From contig OZ024740.1 in assembly GCA_964016885.1 (NCBI GenBank), forward strand, positions 254,014,001-254,078,000: a stretch of 64,000 nt of DNA. Reading direction: 5' to 3'. This stretch comes from Eledone cirrhosa. Its lineage: Eukaryota. Shown here in pieces: positions 13,101-32,386 of this stretch. A model generated the notes under the pieces. That model was given only the letters and a program-made list of their open reading frames with translations, was not told the origin of the DNA and ran no database searches. Position numbers and translations under genes: made by a program. Position 1 is the first letter of the stretch. Every line of letters begins with the position of its first letter.

Positions 13101-13332
13101 TCGTTTGTTTGAATTCATATGATTCCAGTTCCTCAGTGAAATAACAACCCAACCAGGAACTGGGCATATCAGAGTATTGACAATATTATACACCTCAACA
13201 ACATTTGTACTTGTCTATACCATACTAATTCAAACTGCCTGAAGAGGTCACAACCAAAGATGGCTGTCACTGAAATATATATAGCAGTAATAAACGAAGC
13301 TAAATTTTAATCACTTGACTTTTTATTTAACT
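10180..13332 (+). mobile_element. PLE, 5'-truncated: RT, C-terminal GIY-YIG (frameshifted), long 3' UTR with HHR; probably Hydra-type
   Basis: ORF 10114..11565 (ITLKDHK, IQLDIANYY, MGS, GLYRDD, NFLD, PYHKPN, SNHP); ORF 11454..12038 (LVY..LYIG..NH..CKLCLNE..CRH). Confidence 0.93.
13234..13288 (+). ncRNA. Type I hammerhead ribozyme in PLE pLTR
   Basis: acugc CUGAAGA ggucacaacca-aaga-uggcugucacu GAAA uauaua UA gcagu. Confidence 0.9.
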
Positions 13333-13338
13333 TTATTT

Positions 13339-13502
<164 letters not shown>

Positions 13503-13586
13503 TATGTATATATATATGTATATATATATATATATGTATATATATATAGATATGTATATATATATATGTATATATATAGAGATATG

Positions 13587-13668
<82 letters not shown>

Positions 13669-13707
13669 GATATGTGTATATATATATATATATAGATATG
13701 TATATAT

Positions 13708-14230
13708 AAATGTAAGTATGTATGTATACGTACATACATATATGTATACAGACGCACAGTAGCATGTATATATATATATACATATATATACATATATACA
13801 TACAGGTACACATACATATATGCACGTATCAGTTTAGCGGACGCTTATTATAACGCCGCTTTGTTCGTTGGTAAACAAACTGAACAGCCTGAATTTATGC
13901 CATACGGTGTTAAGGCAACCACGTCACCTTTTTGTTCAACACTGACACAGGAACGATGTACTAGTTTCAAGCTTGTTAGCTATCATCAGCACCGTATACC
14001 CTTCTGCCAGATAGTTGAAAGTTTGAAAGTATATACTTTCCTTATGAAAATTAACGGCTGAGCAGCCTAATTTGCATATCGAGTGAGTTAAATCGGTCAG
14101 GCATACCGAAAACGAAAAGTTGAAATAAAATGAAAACGAAATTTCATTTCTCACTCTTAGTACGGCACTTACTTAAATGTAAGTATGTATGTATACGTAC
14201 ATACATATATGTATACAGACGCACAGTAGC

Positions 14231-14235
<5 letters not shown>
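13708..14235 (-). mobile_element. Retrozyme-like element, about 1.1 monomers (~467-bp period)
   Basis: High identity to the 472-bp unit; repeat starts at 13708 and 14175; HHR at 13953-13995; embedded in (TA)n. Confidence 0.85.
13953..13995 (-). ncRNA. Minimal type I hammerhead ribozyme
   Basis: acggug CUGAUGA uagcuaacaagcuu GAAA cuag UA caucgu. Confidence 0.9.
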
Positions 14236-15114
<879 letters not shown>

Positions 15115-15117
15115 GAT

Positions 15118-15462
15118 GGAGGCACATGGCTTAGTGGTTAGAGCATTGGCCTTGCAATCGAAAGGTTGTGAGTTCAATTCTCAGACTGGGTGATGTGTTG
15201 TTTCCTTGAGCAAGACACTTTATTTCACATTGCTCCAGTTTACTCAGCTGTAGAAATGAGGTGATAGGGACTGGGGTCCATATCATACCACTGCAAAGTG
15301 GTCGTGGAGGTGCCACGGCAAAAAAGCACCCAGCACTCACTGTAAATGAGGTTGGTGTTAGGAAGGGCATCCAGCTGTAGAAATCAAGCCAGCATCAGTC
15401 CGTCCCACCCTTGCAAGCAGGGAAAAAGCGGACGTAAAATGAAATGATGATGATGATGATGA
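15118..15462 (+). mobile_element. tRNA-derived CORE-type SINE with RTE-like 3' end
   Basis: A box TGGCTTAGTGG, B box GAGTTCAATTC, CORE-like ccttgagcaagacacttt, (TGA)n tail; several copies in the window. Confidence 0.88.
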
Positions 15463-15466
15463 TACG

Positions 15467-15500
<34 letters not shown>

Positions 15501-15524
15501 CGTATATATATATATATATATACG

Positions 15525-15558
<34 letters not shown>

Positions 15559-15560
15559 CG

Positions 15561-15596
<36 letters not shown>

Positions 15597-15688
15597 CGTA
15601 TATACATATATATATATATATATATACGTATATACATATATATATATATATATATACGTATATACATATATATATATATATATATACG

Positions 15689-15718
<30 letters not shown>

Positions 15719-15719
<1 letters not shown>

Positions 15720-16648
15720 GATGACACTAAGGTAGCACAGGCAATCAAAAACCCGGCTGACGCTGCCCTCTTACAGCAGGATCTGGATGCCATATACAGA
15801 TGGGCGGAAGAAAACAACATGCAGTTTAATGCTGGCAAATTCCAAGCCCTACAATACAAACCTGCAAACACAAACACAAATATAGCGGAACACAGCTACA
15901 CAGGACCAGGAGGGACCGATATCCCCGTGTCAAAATCGATACGAGACCTGGGCATAGACATGAGCGATGATGCATCTTTTTCTTCACACATCATGAAGGT
16001 GGCGACAGCATGTAGACGATTCGCTGGCTGGATCTTGAGGACTTTCCTTACAAGAGATCGAGACACCATGTTGACACTGTGGAGGACTTTTGTCCTAAGC
16101 CGCCTGGACTACTGCTCCCAGCTGTGGTCACCCCATAGTGTCAAACTAACCACAGAGCTTGAGGCAATCCAGCGAAGCTACACCAAGAGGATTGCCAAGA
16201 TGAGGGAGACAAGCTACTGGGAGAGGCTGAAGGAACTGAACCTCTACTCCTTGGAGCGAAGACGGGAGAGATACGCAGTGATCTACATGTGGAAAATCCT
16301 GGAGGGACTAGCACCAAACTTTGGCATTGGGAGCTGGACCAACCGTCGAACAGGACGTCACTGTGTGGTGCCAAAGGTCCCGTCTTCCACATCTAGAATA
16401 AGGAGCAGGTATTGCAATAGCCTGGGATTCAAGGGCCCTCAACTCTTCAACAGGCTGCCGAGGCATCTGCGAGACTTGCATGACGTGGAGGTGGATGTCT
16501 TTAAGAAACATCTCGACACCTTGTTGTCCAGGATCCCGGATGAGCCCACAGCAAGACACGAGGGAAACCTAAGGGCAGCAGCAACAAACTCCCTCCTACA
16601 CCAGTGGCCAACCTATACAGGCTGGAGATAAAATGTGTAGCAACAAGG
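15719..16648 (+). mobile_element. CR1-group LINE fragment, near-identical to the 3' part of 32311-37226; lacks the 3' tail
   Basis: Protein from DDTKVAQAI to [10 protein letters not shown] matches ORF 32387..35428 with about 2 substitutions. Confidence 0.95.
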
Positions 16649-16715
16649 CCGTCGTCTCGGTATATATATATATATACGTATATATATATATATATATATA
16701 TACATATATATATAC

Positions 16716-16765
<50 letters not shown>

Positions 16766-16834
16766 GTATATATATATATATATATATATACATATATATA
16801 TACATATATATATATATACATATATATATACATA

Positions 16835-16868
<34 letters not shown>

Positions 16869-17008
16869 CGTATATACATATATATATATATACGTATATA
16901 CATATATATATATATACGTATATACATATATATACGTATATACATATATATATATATACGTATATACATATATATATATATACGTATATACATATATATA
17001 TATATACG

Positions 17009-17070
<62 letters not shown>

Positions 17071-18483
17071 TATATACATATATATATGTATATATATATA
17101 TATATATATATACGTATATATATATATATATATATACGTATATATATATATATACCGAGACGACGGCCTCTTCGCCCTGCATAAGGTTAACCCCAGAACC
17201 ACCGATGGGTTTCGGAAAAACTTAAGCTCTTTCTTCTCTAATCTAGGATTTAGTATAACTATAGATTCTAATTTGACTAGGGCCAACTTCTTAGATGTCA
17301 CTCTCGACCTAGATACTTCCCTCTATTACCCGTACCACAAACCTAACGAGTCCCTTAAATATATTAATGTTAATTCAAACGACCCCCAAAACATCACTGA
17401 TAACCTAGTAAAAAGCGTCTCTATTAGAATATCTGGCCTCTCCGCCAACAAAGATATTTTTAATGCATCTGCCTCCTACTACAATGACGCCCGCGCCCGT
17501 AGCGGATTTAAAGATAAGATAACTTACCTAGAAACCACCGCAAGTTTGCAGAGGAGGAATAGACATAGGCACATTAGCTGGTACAACCCTCCCTTCAATA
17601 GAGAGATATCTACTCCGATAGCTAGGATTTTCTTCACTTTACTGAAATTACACTTCCCCATACAACATAGGTACCACACCATCTTTAATAAGAACACAAT
17701 AAGACTGTCTTACTCCACCACACCTAACCTAGCTAGGAATATAGCCAACCACAATTCTAAAAAATTAAATAAGCCAACCACCTCCGAACCCAATCCCCGG
17801 ACTGGGGCTCTTTGTAATTGCCTAAATAAGGAAGCATGCCCACTTGAAAACAAATGCCTCACTAATGATATCGTATACAAATGCGATGTCATCTCAGGCA
17901 CCGAGGATTGCAAAAAAACTTACATCGGCATGACCTCCAACAACTTTAAAACCCGTTGGTATGCCCATACCCACTCCTTCAGAAGACCGGACAAATCAAA
18001 TCAGACAACACTCGCCTCCTACGTTTGGGACCTCAAAAGGAACTCCACCCCCTTCACGCTTAAATGGAAAATACTCCAGAAAGCGCGCTCTTACAACGGA
18101 GGACACAAGGGCTGCGACCTTTGTATTTCAGAGAGCTACGAAATTTTATTCGCCAAGGGCCCGCTACTGAACAAACTCTCTGAACACTGCCCGAACTCCA
18201 TGCACAAGAACTTTGCAACTTTCAAACACTTTAAGCCAGTGTTAATGCCCGATGGCTAAAAATGACCTCCCCCTATTGGCCCCTATACCTCCTCCCCACC
18301 CTACCCCCACCCCTCCTCAACCTGAAATACGGCCACTATGGTTATGTGAGTACCTCCTTCCTATCTACATTTTCTGCCTGTAGAGGTGTTTTTATGTGTC
18401 TGCGTATATGCGTATATTTATTGAGTACTTATTTATTTGTATGTGTATATATTTGTTTGTATGTGTGTATATGTGTGTGTATG

Positions 18484-18514
<31 letters not shown>

Positions 18515-18572
18515 ATATGGTTTTTATGTGTGTATATTTATGTATGTATATGTATGTATATATGTATGTGTA

Positions 18573-18631
<59 letters not shown>

Positions 18632-18718
18632 GTGTGTATATATGTGTATGTATGTGTATGTATGTGTGTATGTATGTGTGTGTGTGTGTGTGTATATATA
18701 TGTGTGTGTATATATGTA

Positions 18719-18778
<60 letters not shown>

Positions 18779-18948
18779 CATGTGTGTGTGTGTATATATA
18801 TCTGTGTGTGTGGGCAGGTGTGTATATGTGTGTGTGTATATATATGTATATATAAATATATATATATATATGTATATATGTGCGTGAGAGAGAGTGTGTG
18901 TATATATATTTGTGTATGTGTGTGTGTATGTATGTGTGTATGCGTGTG

Positions 18949-20580
<1,632 letters not shown>

Positions 20581-21028
20581 TTGATTTTTGACATATAGTT
20601 GATTAGTTTAAGAGAAGTTCGAAGATAATTGTAAGATATGCACTCAGTATTTTGAATCTGTCTACAGAATTCTCTAAACCTTTGTCACTTAGTAGAACCT
20701 TAATGATTTTAGCTTTTAAAGAATCTCCCTTTCCTTTAATTCTATCTACCATGACTGACCCCCCACTGATTTTATAGACATCTGTTAGCTTAAGAGAAAC
20801 TTAATGACAAGGAATGGTATGCCATCCGGAACCTGTTTATAGAATTCTGTCTGCCTTTGTTACTCTAAAAACATAAATAAATAAAAATAAAAATAAACTA
20901 TAGCTTTGTAGAATTAGCTTTTAATGAATTCCCTTTTCTATCAACCAATGACCTACACCCATCCTACTCCCCACCCTCTCCTACCACTTGTAGAGACCTA
21001 TAAATACCATTTTTATTTTTTGATACCC

Positions 21029-21079
21029 AGATTCCTGATGATTTCTAAAGAATGAAACAGTTCTAGTCATGTAGAATCT
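21029..21079 (+). ncRNA. Type I hammerhead ribozyme
   Basis: agauuc CUGAUGA u-uuc-uaaa-gaa-u GAAA ca-guucuaguca-ug UA gaaucu. Confidence 0.85.
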
Positions 21080-21161
21080 CATCTATATTAAAACTTTTAT
21101 ACTCTGCTATGTATTGAGTACCTTACTTACTGTGGTTACCTCCGATTCAACCCGGAATAAC

Positions 21162-21195
<34 letters not shown>

Positions 21196-21250
21196 GTATA
21201 TACGTATATACGTATATACATATATATATATATATATATAAGTATATACG

Positions 21251-21282
<32 letters not shown>

Positions 21283-21334
21283 AGTATATACGTATGTACA
21301 TATATATATATATATATATATATAAGTATATACG

Positions 21335-21379
<45 letters not shown>

Positions 21380-21388
21380 GTATATACG

Positions 21389-21422
<34 letters not shown>

Positions 21423-21432
21423 CGTATATACG

Positions 21433-21483
<51 letters not shown>

Positions 21484-21484
21484 G

Positions 21485-21523
<39 letters not shown>

Positions 21524-21524
21524 G

Positions 21525-21557
<33 letters not shown>

Positions 21558-21614
21558 GTATATACATATATATATATATATACGTATATACATATATATA
21601 TATATATATATATG

Positions 21615-21654
<40 letters not shown>

Positions 21655-21664
<10 letters not shown>

Positions 21665-22692
21665 TGACATCACTGACATCATCAAACACAGCAACATTAA
21701 AATTTTCGCTGATGATTCCAAGCTCCAAAAGGTCATCAATGGCGTGGATGACCGGATAAGCCTTCAGTCAGACCTACTGGCTGTTACCCAATGGGCGGAA
21801 AAGAACAACATGTTACTGAACGAAGACAAATTCGAACTGATCCACTTTGGAAAAGAGGATGCTCTGAAACTCCCGTACTCCCTTCCCTCCGGGGAAACTC
21901 TCGTGGCATCTAACAACATCAGAGACTTGGGAGTAACCGTGGACAGCAACATAAGCTGGACCACGCATATAAGCAGCAAAGTTGACATGGCCCGCAGAAT
22001 GTGTTCCTGGATCCTCAGAACCTTCCAGTCGAGAGATTCCCGCACCATTATCCTTCTCTTCTCTACTTTTGCCCGACCACACCTTGAATACTGTTGTCCA
22101 CTGTGGTCTCCCCACACGAAACAAAGTATCATGAAACTTGAAGCTCCTCAAAGGGCAATCACGAAAAAGATAGATGGCATGTCAGACCTTGACTACTGGG
22201 GTTGATTAGAAAACCTGAAACTTTACTCACTCCAACGTCGCCGTGAGCGTTATATTATCTGCATGATGTGGAAAATGTTCCAAAAAATGTTCCATCATCA
22301 CTGCCCAAATGATGTTGGCATCGCCTTCAAGATACACCCAAGGCTTGGGCCCCGTGCTATCCGTCCCATTCAAAAATCTAAATCGCAACTCATAACAACA
22401 ATACGGCACAATTATTTCACCTCAATCGGCCCTGCTCTCTTCAACATCACACCAGGACACGTCAAAACAGAAACTGACCACATAAAATTCAAGAAGTCTT
22501 TGGACAAATTCCTCCAAGTAATCCCGGACAAACCACCCACACCCGGATATGTCTCTGCAAACAGTAATTCTCTTCTCGAATGGGCCATGGTGCCCAAATC
22601 CTGAATTGAAAGACTTCGCCAGGTGGTGCTATTAAGTTAGACATGGCCTGGGCCAATACTGGCCAAAACATTTCAAAGTTTATTCAAAGTTT
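21655..22692 (+). mobile_element. CR1-group LINE family B, 5'-truncated, stop at ~22203
   Basis: [36 protein letters not shown]; short tandem tail (ttcaaagttta)x2. Confidence 0.92.
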
Positions 22693-22723
22693 ATATATAC
22701 ATATATACATATATATATATATG

Positions 22724-22845
<122 letters not shown>

Positions 22846-22862
22846 TATATATATATATATAC

Positions 22863-22902
<40 letters not shown>

Positions 22903-22929
22903 GTATATACATATATATATATATATACG

Positions 22930-22965
<36 letters not shown>

Positions 22966-23015
22966 CGTATATATATATATATACGTATATATATATATAT
23001 ATATATATATATACG

Positions 23016-23049
<34 letters not shown>

Positions 23050-23051
23050 CG

Positions 23052-23128
<77 letters not shown>

Positions 23129-23129
23129 G

Positions 23130-23176
<47 letters not shown>

Positions 23177-23191
23177 GTATATACATATATA

Positions 23192-24920
23192 CAATGCACT
23201 AGATAGAGGAAACTATAGAGGTATAAAGTTAATGGACCAGGTCATGAAAGTAACAGAAAGAGTTATAGCACAGCTGATTAGGGACCGGGTGAATATAGAC
23301 GAGATGCAATTTGGGTTTGTACCAGGGAAAGGCACCACTGATGCCCTCTTCCTTGTGAGGCAATTACAGGAAAAGTACCTAGCTAAAAGTAAGCCACTCT
23401 ACTTGGCATTTGTCGACCTTGAGAAAGCCTTTGACAGAGTTCCACGTGCAGTAATCTGGTGGGCTCTTAGAAAACTAGGAGTAGATGAATGGCTTGTGAA
23501 AGCGGTACAAGCCATGTATAGGGGAGCAGTCAGCAAAGTTAGGATTGGCAATGAGTATAGCGAGGAATTTAGCGTACAGGTTGGGGTCCACCAGGGCTCT
23601 GTTCTTAGCCCTCTCCTGTTCATCATAGTCCTGCAGGCAATAACGGAGGAGTTTAAGACCGGATGCCCATGGGAACTCCTGTATGCTGATGACCTCGCAC
23701 TCATAGCTGAATCTATGGTAGAACTAGAGAATAAATTCCAAACCTGGAAGCAGGGACTAGAGAGAAAGGGCCTCAAAGTCAACATGACAAAGACTAAGGT
23801 CCTTATAAGTAGACGAGAAAACAGAACCCAGATCCCCTCAGGGAAATGGCCTTGCTCAGTATGTAGGAAAGGTGTAGGTAGGAACTCCATTCTCTGCCCC
23901 AAATGCAAATAATGGGTACACAAGAGATGTAGCGGGATCTCAGGAAGCTTAATTAAGAATGTAGGATTCACATGCAGCAGCTGTGCTGAAACAGCAAGCA
24001 AACAGCCACAGGAAACAAGTACCACCAATCTCTGGGAGTGCCCTGTAGAAACAGTAGACAGCTTCTGCTACCTAGGTGACCGAATTAGCAACGGAGGTGG
24101 GTGCTCAGAAAGTACAATAACTAGGGTAAGAACGGGATGGAAGAAGTTTAGGGAACTACTACCACTGCTAGCTGCAAAAGGCTTCTCCCTCAGAATGAAA
24201 GGCAGACTGTATGATGCGTGTATCCGAACAGCGATGTTGCATGGTAGTGAGACCTGGGCGCTGAAGGTGGAAGACTTACGTAGATTAGAGAGAAACGAAG
24301 CCTGCATGCTCCGATGGATGTGTAACAGTAATATACGTGAACGACAAAGCATAAAGGAATTGAGAGAGAGACTGAGCATAAGAGGAATCAAATGCTGCGT
24401 GCAGGAGAGGCGGTTACGCTGGTATGGACATGTGATGCGTATGAAGGATGACAGCTGCATAAAAAGGTGCAGAGCACTAGAAGTTGATGGAAACCGCGGA
24501 GTGGGGAGACCCAAGATGACTTGGGATGAGGTGATAAAAGCCGACCTTACCCAACTACACCTCTCAAAGTCAATGACACACGACCGTGACTTCTGGCGTC
24601 ACGCAGTAATACAGGGTACCCGACCTCCCATGGGTACATGCTGAAGCATATAAACAAGGTCGTGGAGGTGCCACGGCAAAAAAGCACCCAGCCCACACTG
24701 TAAAGTGGACGTGCAGGCGCCACGAAAAAGCACCCAGCACTCACTGTAAATGAGGTTGGTGTTAGGAAGGGCATCCAGCTGTAGAAATCAAGCCAGATAA
24801 GTTCCTGTATGAGCAAGGCATGGTCAGCCGACCAGACACTGCCCACAACAGGACAACCCGTCTAACCCATGCTAGCGTGGAAGAACGGACGTAAAACGGT
24901 GATGATGATGATGATGATGA
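23192..24920 (+). mobile_element. RTE LINE family B, 5'-truncated, one in-frame stop at 23910
   Basis: ORFs 23232..23912 ([13 protein letters not shown]) and 24195..24644; 3' UTR and (TGA)n tail. Confidence 0.95.
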
Positions 24921-25790
<870 letters not shown>

Positions 25791-25793
<3 letters not shown>

Positions 25794-28700
25794 ATAATAC
25801 TGACAGCATTTGAGTGCCACCTACCCTGGGAATACCCCCTTGTACCTCTAATACTGATGTCCCGACCGTGGACTACTTATTCTGCATTGCACAAATATAA
25901 GATTAGTATAAATTGGGGACACGGTACTGGTTGTGATAGCATAGTCCTGTGCATGGATTACCACCAAGAGATAGATTGATGATTAGATAGATAATCGTAT
26001 TGTTAAGTGATTATATACTGTAAGCGATCAGTTCATTGAATTATGCACGTAATCATCTTGATGTGGACTCCTTTAATACCTATTAATAGACTCCACTCTA
26101 GCTTGGAGATGTGATACATAATTGATTTATATTTGAGACGGGGGTTGCCTATTGCTTGATGGCCAGACTAGTGCATTTATATGAGAGATCGGATCTCCGG
26201 ACCATACCGATGATTTACTGGAGATGCAGGCAAGCAATGACCCGGAGCCTACCGGGTGGCATATATAATAGTGGGACCATACCAGGTCCTACTGTTATAT
26301 TACATTTGCATGGAGCAGTGACTTGAGAGTCTGACTCCTCTTATAGAACGTTCAGATATGACACCCCTTAATTAATGGTTGGCAATCATCCTAGTATATA
26401 CACCCTTGTACTTCTTAACGAACAACTCTCTAACCTATAAATGGGTACCATACTCTAGATATTAGTTATAACTTCACATGATAGGCACGTATTTGAATCA
26501 CCATTAATGTAGTTTAGTATAGTAATGTAACTAAAACAACTAGCTAGTTACCTCCCCTTACGCACTAATTCCCCTTAATCATTCAGGCACTTCCGGAATT
26601 TGGACAGCATGATATATTAAGAACCGACTGGATACGGTTTATAGCTTGACTATATGCTGAACCACTGCGAATTATACAATAGACGCGTGTTCTCTATATA
26701 TATATTGCGTCTCATGGATTATGTGAGTGGTGGTGTGAGCAAGGACAGTGGTACGACCTTGCTTACGATACAATAAGGTTTATAGTATGTTGAAGGTTTT
26801 TGACATTTTGGTGTTTCCCCGCATCCGAGACTGTATATCATACAGATGTATGAGAATAAATGACTTAATAATTCAGCCTATATAAGATCGATTGCCTGCT
26901 TCAACTGCCTGACCCTGCAAATATCATTCTGACGCACTCTAATCATGTATAGATAAGACAAGCGTGCATGCTACACGGGAGATTGCTTCATGCACTGACT
27001 ACTCTAAGCTTTCCTCTTGCTTTATCTTCATAGACTGCCAACGCTTCATGTTTATCTTTATTTTCACTCTTATTTTCACTCTTGCTTTTATTTTATTTTA
27101 TTTTTATCATGTAACACTTTATATGTAAATTGCCATGCTATTTCATTTGATGAATGTCACCCCACTGTTGATCAATATGCGCATATGTTTTATGTGTCTC
27201 TTGGGTTGAAAAGGAGGTCAAGTATGTTATAAATAGCTGCTCCGAAGAATCCAAACCTCGGTTTGGAGGAAACAATTGTAAGCAAATAAATGACTTAAAC
27301 TGAACTTTGATTACTGTAATCTCTATATAACTGCTCTGTATAACAACTAATGTCATTACATTGAGCTATTTATCTTACTGGTAATAGGATAGTAATTAAA
27401 GACTATCTCTCACTATTTAGGGTTTGTGTATATATAATATATTACCATCAAAGGTTTTATTGCATACATAACCATAAATAGTACCCTTAATACTAATAAC
27501 TGCTCCATTTTGTTGAGCTGATATACCATAAATTACCAGCATGCTGATCAAAGACCAACTCCCTATGTCAACCAAGAACATACCTTTACCAACCAAAAAT
27601 ACATATGAAAAGTTGTTGATCAACAGTGTAAACTCCTTTATCAATAGAGTGAGATGGAGGACATTCCATTATGATAGAAACAAATCTGACAAGGATAATA
27701 ACACCAACAAATTTGACTCCTTCGGCTTTAAAACATTTAGAAGCCCCCCTCATAACACACTATTAAACCTCTTCGAAAACGACCTAATTAAACTAGTTAA
27801 AAACATTAAATACAAAAAACACCATAATAAAAACAACACCTTCTTAAACAAACTTAACACCTCTATTAGTGACTTCAAAACTAGTAGTAAAATTGTTGTA
27901 CATGCCGACAAAACTAATAACATATACAGCCTAGATTATAATACGTATAGAAAGTTTATATATAATGAACTACATAAAAGCTACAAGAAAACCACTATGA
28001 AAAACTTAGAAGATATTAATATGGAAGGCTATAATATAGTATCCAAACTAGGGCTCCAGAGACATACACAACCTTACACCCCAAACCCCCCTAGATTCTC
28101 TCTGAAGGACCATAAGGTAGACTTCATTAGCAACCCCTCGATTAGACTAATCTGCCCCTCCAGGTCTGACATTGGCATTATCAGTAAAAAAAATCCTAGA
28201 CAAAATCATCCCACAGATTAAACACAAGATTTACCTTAAGCAATGGGGAAATACGGGTGAAGTGATTGAATGGTTCAAAAATATCATAGATAACAAGGAT
28301 AAAAAATTTATCCAATTTGATATCAACTCTTACTACACCTCTATTTCCCCTATCCTACTAAATAAGGCACTTATAATGGCCATGGACAATAGTGACTTGA
28401 CTAGACCCCAGATTGATGTCATACTTGCGGCCCGTAAAACAATAATCACCTTTGAGGACCAATTATGGACCCGCAAGGATACGCAAAACAACTTCGACAT
28501 TAGTATGGGGTCTAGTGACTCGGCGCAGGTCACTGATTTGGTTGGCCTATACTTACTTAACCTAATCCACAGGGAACTTCCGTACCTCAGCGGTGGTTTG
28601 TATCGCGACGATGCACTTCTACTTATAGACTATAAAAAATTCAATATAGAAAGGACTAGAAAACTATTGCACAAAACATTCAAAAACTTTAACCTTAGTA

Positions 28701-29755
28701 TTACCATGGACAAAAACACCAAAAACGTCAACTTCCTAGACGCCACACTCTACTTAGACTCAATGATATATGCACCTTTCCACAAACCTAATGAAAAACT
28801 CATCTACGTAGATACCAAGTCTAACCACCCTAAATCTATATTGAACTCTATCTCTAAGGGAGTATCTAATAGAATCTCTAATCTATCCTATGACATAAAC
28901 ACATTTAACAATAACTCGCAGTATTATAATCAGGCATTAGCTAGATCAGGCCATAATACAGGGATAGAGTTCCTACCTACAAAAACACATAGCTACAACA
29001 TCATTTCACACAACATGTCCATGGGAAAATTTAATAATAAGAATAGCAACTGCACACACACTAATAGGGATTGTAACAACAAGAGTAACCCGCACCACAG
29101 AAATGACCATAGGAACATTAAAGGAAACAAATCACCAGACATAAAAAACAGAAATAGAAGAAGAAATAATACATTTTTCAACCCTCCTTTCAATTTAAAC
29201 GTCTCTACCAACCTTCCTAGGGCCACAGGTACCACGGCCAACCTTCCCATCCGGCCACAGGTACCACGGCCTTTTAAACAAAAACACTATTAAGATCTCA
29301 TACTCTACTACGCCTAACTTAGCATACCACATAGCTAGTAAAAATAAAATAAAAATTAATTCTTACTTCCAACAAACTAAATCACAACGGTCGATAAACC
29401 TTCAAAATAACAGTCAAAGTAACATTATAACAAATAACCGTAATATCAATGGAAATAGTAGTAATAGCACTAGTGTAAACATTAATGCTGCGTACCACAA
29501 CCCGCATAACCATAACCCTATAGCTAACCTCCAAACTTCTATACAGCATAGTAACCGGCAGACTAGCACCCAGAGTAATTGTAACTGTAGATCAAGTAGA
29601 ACCTGCCCTTTAGATAAAAAATGCTTAACCAAGGATATCATATACTCATGTACAGTCACAACTAACAGCTCTTCTGAAACCTACATAGGCTCCACTTCTA
29701 ACTGCTTCAAAACTAGATACAATTCGCACCTTCACTCTTTCAAAAAACACAGTCT
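25791..29755 (+). mobile_element. PLE with long 5' pLTR region, ORF from 27541 (frameshifts ~28190 and ~29220), truncated in GIY-YIG by (TA)n
   Basis: RVRWR, ADKTNNIY, LKDHK, IQFDINSYY, GLYRDD, FFNPPF, CNCR..CPL..CL, IIY..TYIG; HHR upstream of the ATG; 5' boundary inferred. Confidence 0.88.
27238..27284 (+). ncRNA. Type I hammerhead ribozyme with U4C core change
   Basis: ugcu CCGAAGA a-uccaaacc-uc-gguuugga-g GAAA caauug UA agca. Confidence 0.8.
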
Positions 29756-29767
29756 ATATATATATAC

Positions 29768-29801
<34 letters not shown>

Positions 29802-29831
29802 GTATATATATATATATATATATATATATAC

Positions 29832-29904
<73 letters not shown>

Positions 29905-29943
29905 CGTATATATATATATATATATATACGTATATATACATAC

Positions 29944-29981
<38 letters not shown>

Positions 29982-30001
29982 GTATATATATATATATATA
30001 T

Positions 30002-30225
30002 ATATTTATTAAAATAACAGATTAAAGTTTAAGCAAAGAATCGCTGCTTTCACTCTTAACGGGATCTTCCAGAAGATCCCGTTAAGGGTGAAAGCAGCGA
30101 TTCTTTGCTTAAACTTTAATCTGTTATTTTAATAAATATTTGCTCTACGGTTCTTATATATTTGATATATATTTTCCTTATCGAGCCCTCTTTGGATTTT
30201 AGTCTTCAATTTTATTATTATTACT
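30002..30225. mobile_element. Fold-back palindrome (68-bp arms, 30002-30139) centred on an HHR-like core; probable PLE remnant
   Basis: gggatcttc-ca-gaagatccc centre; right arm GAAGA tccc-gttaa-gggt GAAA. Confidence 0.65.
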
Positions 30226-32102
<1,877 letters not shown>

Positions 32103-32114
32103 TATATGTATATA

Positions 32115-32202
<88 letters not shown>

Positions 32203-32208
32203 TATATA

Positions 32209-32313
<105 letters not shown>

Positions 32314-32386
32314 TCTTTTACTCTTTTACCTGTTTCAGCCATCCGGCTGAGGCCATGCTGGGGCACCGCCCTTGTTGCTACACATT

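Noticed and set aside
15118-15192. tRNA gene
   Set aside because: Acceptor stem does not pair and it runs into CORE/RTE modules in several copies: a SINE head
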